The position numbers were made by a program, and so were the translations under genes. Below are positions 60,596 to 64,000 of a stretch of 64,000 nt of DNA, piece by piece (within the stretch, counting starts at the first letter, position 1; each line of letters begins with the position of its first letter). Below the pieces are notes generated by a model, which did no database searches, had not been told where the DNA came from, and was given only the letters and a program-made list of their open reading frames with translations. The stretch is from an uncultured Actinomycetes bacterium (GTDB lineage Bacteria > Actinomycetota > Thermoleophilia > RBG-16-64-13). The stretch is taken from contig CAVPLM010000005.1 in assembly GCA_963706025.1 (NCBI GenBank), positions 32,001-96,000 of the forward strand. Direction: 5' to 3'.

Positions 60596-61630
60596 ATGAT
60601 GAACTTGAAGCCGGCCGTTCGCACCTCTCTCGGTGGTGGGCACCGGCGGAGACTAGCAATCAGTCTGGGCGCCGGGGCTATCGTACTGCTGGCCTTCATG
60701 GTGTCCATCGCATCGCCGGCCGTTGCCGCCTCCAGCTTCCCCGACGTTTCCGCTTCCCATCCCTACTACACAGCTATCGAGGGCATGGCCACGCGGGGCA
60801 TCATAGAGGGATACACCGATGGCACCTTCGGCCCCTCCGACCTCGTCAAGCGCCAACAGTTCGCCAAGATGATCGTTCTCACCATGGGATATGAGCCGAC
60901 CGAGAGCGACTGGTGTCCCTTCCCCGGCGTGGAACACATACCGGGTGACCTGTATCCGTTCCACTATGTCGCCAAGGCCGCTTCCACTGGACTGACCACG
61001 GGATACACAAACGGCACCTTCGGCCCGGACAACCCGATCACCCGTCAGCAGGTGATAACCATGGTGGTGCGAGCCGGAGGCTCAAAGCTGGAGACTCCTC
61101 CCCTGGAGTGGGGGGGCCTCTTCAATTATGGAAACCCCACGCACGGCGAGAACACTCGCATAGCCGAGTTCAACAGCCTTCTTGAGGGGCTGGAGGGACC
61201 AGCGGCGTATTGGGACGCTACCCAGTACGCCACACGGGGTGAGTGCGCCCAGATGCTATGGAGCCTGACCGCGTATCTCGTGGAAAAGAGGACGTACGAG
61301 ACCGTAGATGTTCTGACGACCTATGAGCGGTTGAGCGCGAACCACGAAGCGCGGTTGATAGACGTGCGTGAGCCCGCCGAGTGGGCGGCGACGGGTGTTC
61401 CCCCGGGAGCGTTGCTCGTCCCTCTGGCGGAGGTCGAAGGCCGAGCCCCTGCCGAACTAGCATGGAACAGGCCCGTCTACGTGATCTGTAAGAGCGGCAC
61501 CCGCAGCCGGCAAGCCGCCGAAACACTGATTCGGTTGGGATTCACTGAGGTGTACAACGTGGACGGAGGCATTCAGGCCTGGCTACAAGCCGGGCTGCCG
61601 GTTGAGATCTACGAGGAACCCTGCGGCTGA
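60596..61630 (+). CDS. SLH-domain protein fused to a rhodanese domain
   Basis: Signal peptide, three SLH repeats, LIDVREPAEW, ICKSGTRS, NVDGGIQAW. Confidence 0.82.
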   Translation: MMNLKPAVRTSLGGGHRRRLAISLGAGAIVLLAFMVSIASPAVAASSFPDVSASHPYYTAIEGMATRGIIEGYTDGTFGPSDLVKRQQFAKMIVLTMGYEPTESDWCPFPGVEHIPGDLYPFHYVAKAASTGLTTGYTNGTFGPDNPITRQQVITMVVRAGGSKLETPPLEWGGLFNYGNPTHGENTRIAEFNSLLEGLEGPAAYWDATQYATRGECAQMLWSLTAYLVEKRTYETVDVLTTYERLSANHEARLIDVREPAEWAATGVPPGALLVPLAEVEGRAPAELAWNRPVYVICKSGTRSRQAAETLIRLGFTEVYNVDGGIQAWLQAGLPVEIYEEPCG

Positions 61631-62043
61631 GGGTAGAACCCCCTGCCGGTCGGCGGGGAAGCGCAATTCGGCGAGTGGAGGGCCAAGGCACCCGGGGTAA
61701 TCTTGGAAGCCACTCGGATCGTTCTCGCAAGTGAACACGTTCAGCCATGACGAAGGCCCCCTTCGGTAGCGTTCACGCTCGGCCGGCGGGGGCCTCGTCG
61801 TCGCGGTATAGGTGAATCCGTTATACTGCTAGGCGCTTGCTAGGCGACCAGCCGTCAGAAGGCGTCAGGGCGCGGCAGACAAGGGCGCGAGGGGTTTGAA
61901 AAGTCCCTGCACAGAGCACCAATCCGGCATGAGGCGTCAGAGCGCGGCAGGGCCTGGACTGGACTTCTAATCCGTGGGTCGCAGGTTCGAATCCTGCCAG
62001 GCGCGCCTTCGGACCGGTGCAGGGTCACCGGAGTGGAGAACGT

Positions 62044-62117
62044 GGTGAACGTAGCTCAGACGGTAGAGCACTGGGTTGTGGCCCCAGCGGTCGCGGGTTC
62101 AAGTCCCGTCGTTCACC
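62044..62117 (+). tRNA. tRNA-His(GTG)
   Basis: G-1, cloverleaf, TT GTG GC loop. Confidence 0.94.
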
Positions 62118-62129
62118 CCTCGGGCGTGA

Positions 62130-62209
62130 GCGGGTGTGGCGGAATGGCAGACGCGCATGATTTAGGATCATGTGTCTTTGACGTGGAGGTTCGAGTCCTC
62201 TCACCCGCA
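62130..62209 (+). tRNA. tRNA-Leu(TAG)
   Basis: Long variable arm, TT TAG GA loop. Confidence 0.94.
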
Positions 62210-62248
62210 TTCGAGTAGCCCTGACCCGTACCCAGAGAAAGGACGGAC

Positions 62249-63661
62249 GTGAAGACGACCCTCAGCGAGCGCGAAGGAAACACGGTCAAATTTGCGGTCG
62301 AGGTTTCCAGTGAGGAGCTGCAGGAAGCCTTCAACAAGAACCTGAGAGAACTGGTGCGCGAAGCGCGGATACCCGGATTCCGGCCCGGCAAGGCGCCGGC
62401 GGCCATGGTCCGTCAACGGATGGGGGATGAAGCCATCCTGGCGAACACCGTGGAGGAGTCCATGTCCGGCTGGTTCACAGCCGCCGTGATGGAGCTGGGT
62501 CTCGACCCGGTGGACCGCCCCGAGATCGAGCTCGACGACGACGACCCCGAACTCGGCAAGACTCTGGGCTTCACGGCGAAAGTCACGGTGATGCCGGAAG
62601 TGGTCCTGGGCGAATACAAGGGCGTGGAGGCTCCCAAAGAACCGGTCGAGGTTGAGGACCGGGAAGTCGATGCCCAGATGGAGCGGCTGCAGAACGAGTT
62701 CGCGGAACTGCGGCCGGTGACGGGCAGGCCGGCGCAGGCGGGTGACTTCGTCACCGTCGATTTCCGTTCGTCCTTGGACGGCGTCCCGGTCGAGGGCTTC
62801 GATGCCGGCGACTTCGTGTTCGAAGTGGGCGGGGGCCGGATCTTCCCCGAGATCGAGGAGCAGATCCTGGGCATGAACGCGGGCGAGGAGCGCACCTTCC
62901 CCTTGACGCTGCCGGAAGGCGTCGGCCCAGCCGGCGCAGAGGGCAAGACCGTCGACTTCACGATGGCATTGAAAGAGGTCAAGGAAAAAGTACTTCCCCG
63001 TCTTTCCGACCAATGGGCCTCCGAAGTGAGCGAGTTCGCCACTCTCCTCGAGCTGCGCCTGGATATTCGCGGCAAGCTTCAGGCGGGCAAAGCCTACGCC
63101 TCCGACCAGCGCTTCCGGTCTCTGGCGGTCAAGGCGGTCACCGACAACGCCACGCTGGATCTGCCCGATGTGGTGGTACGCGAGCAGGCTGAGGAGATGG
63201 TGGGCGACTTCAAACGTTCTCTCGAGTCGCAGGGTGCCTCCTTGGAGGCATACCTCGAGGCCACCGGGGCCACGGTCGAGCAGATGATCGATGATCTGAA
63301 GCCGCAAGCAGCCAACAACGTGAAGACGGGCCTTGTGCTGGACGCGGTGGCGAGAGCCGAAGGTATCGTGGCCGGCGACGAGGAGATAAGCGCCGCGGTG
63401 GGCCAGATGGCCGCCGCGGGCCGGGTGGACGCCAAGTCGTTCGAGGCCCGGCTGCGTAAGAGCGGTCGTATCGAGCCGGTGAGATGGCAGATAGTCCGCG
63501 ACAAAGCGGCCAACTTCATCGCGGCGAACGCCGTGGCCGTGACGCCGACGCGGCATCGGAAGCCTGGGCAGCGCCTGGCCGAGCCGGTTCTGGAGGAACC
63601 AACCGCCGCCGAGCTTGCCGAGGCCGGGCCGGCTGCCGATACTCCTGCAGAAGGTACTTGA
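62249..63661 (+). CDS. tig: Trigger factor
   Basis: [14 protein letters not shown]-like domain; upstream of clpP. Confidence 0.95.
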   Translation: MKTTLSEREGNTVKFAVEVSSEELQEAFNKNLRELVREARIPGFRPGKAPAAMVRQRMGDEAILANTVEESMSGWFTAAVMELGLDPVDRPEIELDDDDPELGKTLGFTAKVTVMPEVVLGEYKGVEAPKEPVEVEDREVDAQMERLQNEFAELRPVTGRPAQAGDFVTVDFRSSLDGVPVEGFDAGDFVFEVGGGRIFPEIEEQILGMNAGEERTFPLTLPEGVGPAGAEGKTVDFTMALKEVKEKVLPRLSDQWASEVSEFATLLELRLDIRGKLQAGKAYASDQRFRSLAVKAVTDNATLDLPDVVVREQAEEMVGDFKRSLESQGASLEAYLEATGATVEQMIDDLKPQAANNVKTGLVLDAVARAEGIVAGDEEISAAVGQMAAAGRVDAKSFEARLRKSGRIEPVRWQIVRDKAANFIAANAVAVTPTRHRKPGQRLAEPVLEEPTAAELAEAGPAADTPAEGT

Positions 63662-63684
63662 GTCTACGCGGAAAGGATGAGGCC

Positions 63685-64000
63685 GTGAGTCCACTGATCC
63701 CGATGGTGGTCGAGCAGACCAGCCGCGGCGAGCGGGCGTTCGACATCTACTCGCGCCTGCTCAACGAACGCATCATCTTCCTGGGCACGCCCATCAACGA
63801 CCAGGTGGCCAACCTGGTCGTGGCTCAACTCCTGCATCTGGAGTCGGACGATCCTGACAAGGACATCTCCCTCTACATCAACAGTCCGGGCGGAAACGTC
63901 TACGCCGGGCTGGCCATCTACGACACCATGCAGTTCATCAAGCCCGACATCTCGACCATCTGCGTCGGTATCGCCATGTCGATGGGCGCTCTCCTACTTG
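63685..64000 (+). CDS. clpP: ATP-dependent Clp protease proteolytic subunit (3' truncated by window edge)
   Basis: [41 protein letters not shown]. Confidence 0.97.
   Translation, partial: MSPLIPMVVEQTSRGERAFDIYSRLLNERIIFLGTPINDQVANLVVAQLLHLESDDPDKDISLYINSPGGNVYAGLAIYDTMQFIKPDISTICVGIAMSMGALLL

Noticed and set aside
61961-62009. Second tRNA-Arg gene
   Set aside because: It lacks the 5' acceptor strand and D arm, so it is an att-site duplication.

Overview
High-GC bacterial chromosome segment, most consistent with a deep-branching actinomycete (Thermoleophilia-like; inferred from the fused PafBC-type WYL protein, CwlM-like protein, class F sortase, SLH proteins and ClpP sequence). The backbone is comEA-comEC-holA-rpsT-murJ ... 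lepA-hemW-hrcA-dnaJ-prmA-rnr-smpB-ssrA ... cell-wall genes, pilT, WYL/AddAB-like repair genes, an ECF sigma/anti-sigma pair, mtnP-pfkB, tRNAs, tig and clpP. A ~11.5 kb decayed integron (about 7.2-18.8 kb) interrupts the murJ-lepA synteny. It has a 31-aa IntI C-terminal remnant co-oriented with its cassettes, an attI-like site, one complete and several broken attC sites, toxin-antitoxin cassettes and a 2.6 kb block between exact 186-bp inverted repeats. It also carries a MerB-like gene whose in-frame TGA falls at the catalytic Cys position and is followed by a SECIS-like hairpin (candidate selenoprotein). Other highlights: a class F sortase with two neighbouring substrates that share a non-LPXTG Gly-rich sorting signal, the second substrate and the sortase lying downstream of a c-di-GMP-II-like riboswitch; a NiCo/czcD-like riboswitch in front of a CDF exporter; and an integrase-less 3.3 kb island in tRNA-Arg(TCT) with two SLH proteins. 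Several conserved genes carry apparent frameshifts, probably sequencing or assembly indels. All family assignments come from motif recognition by eye, not database searches.
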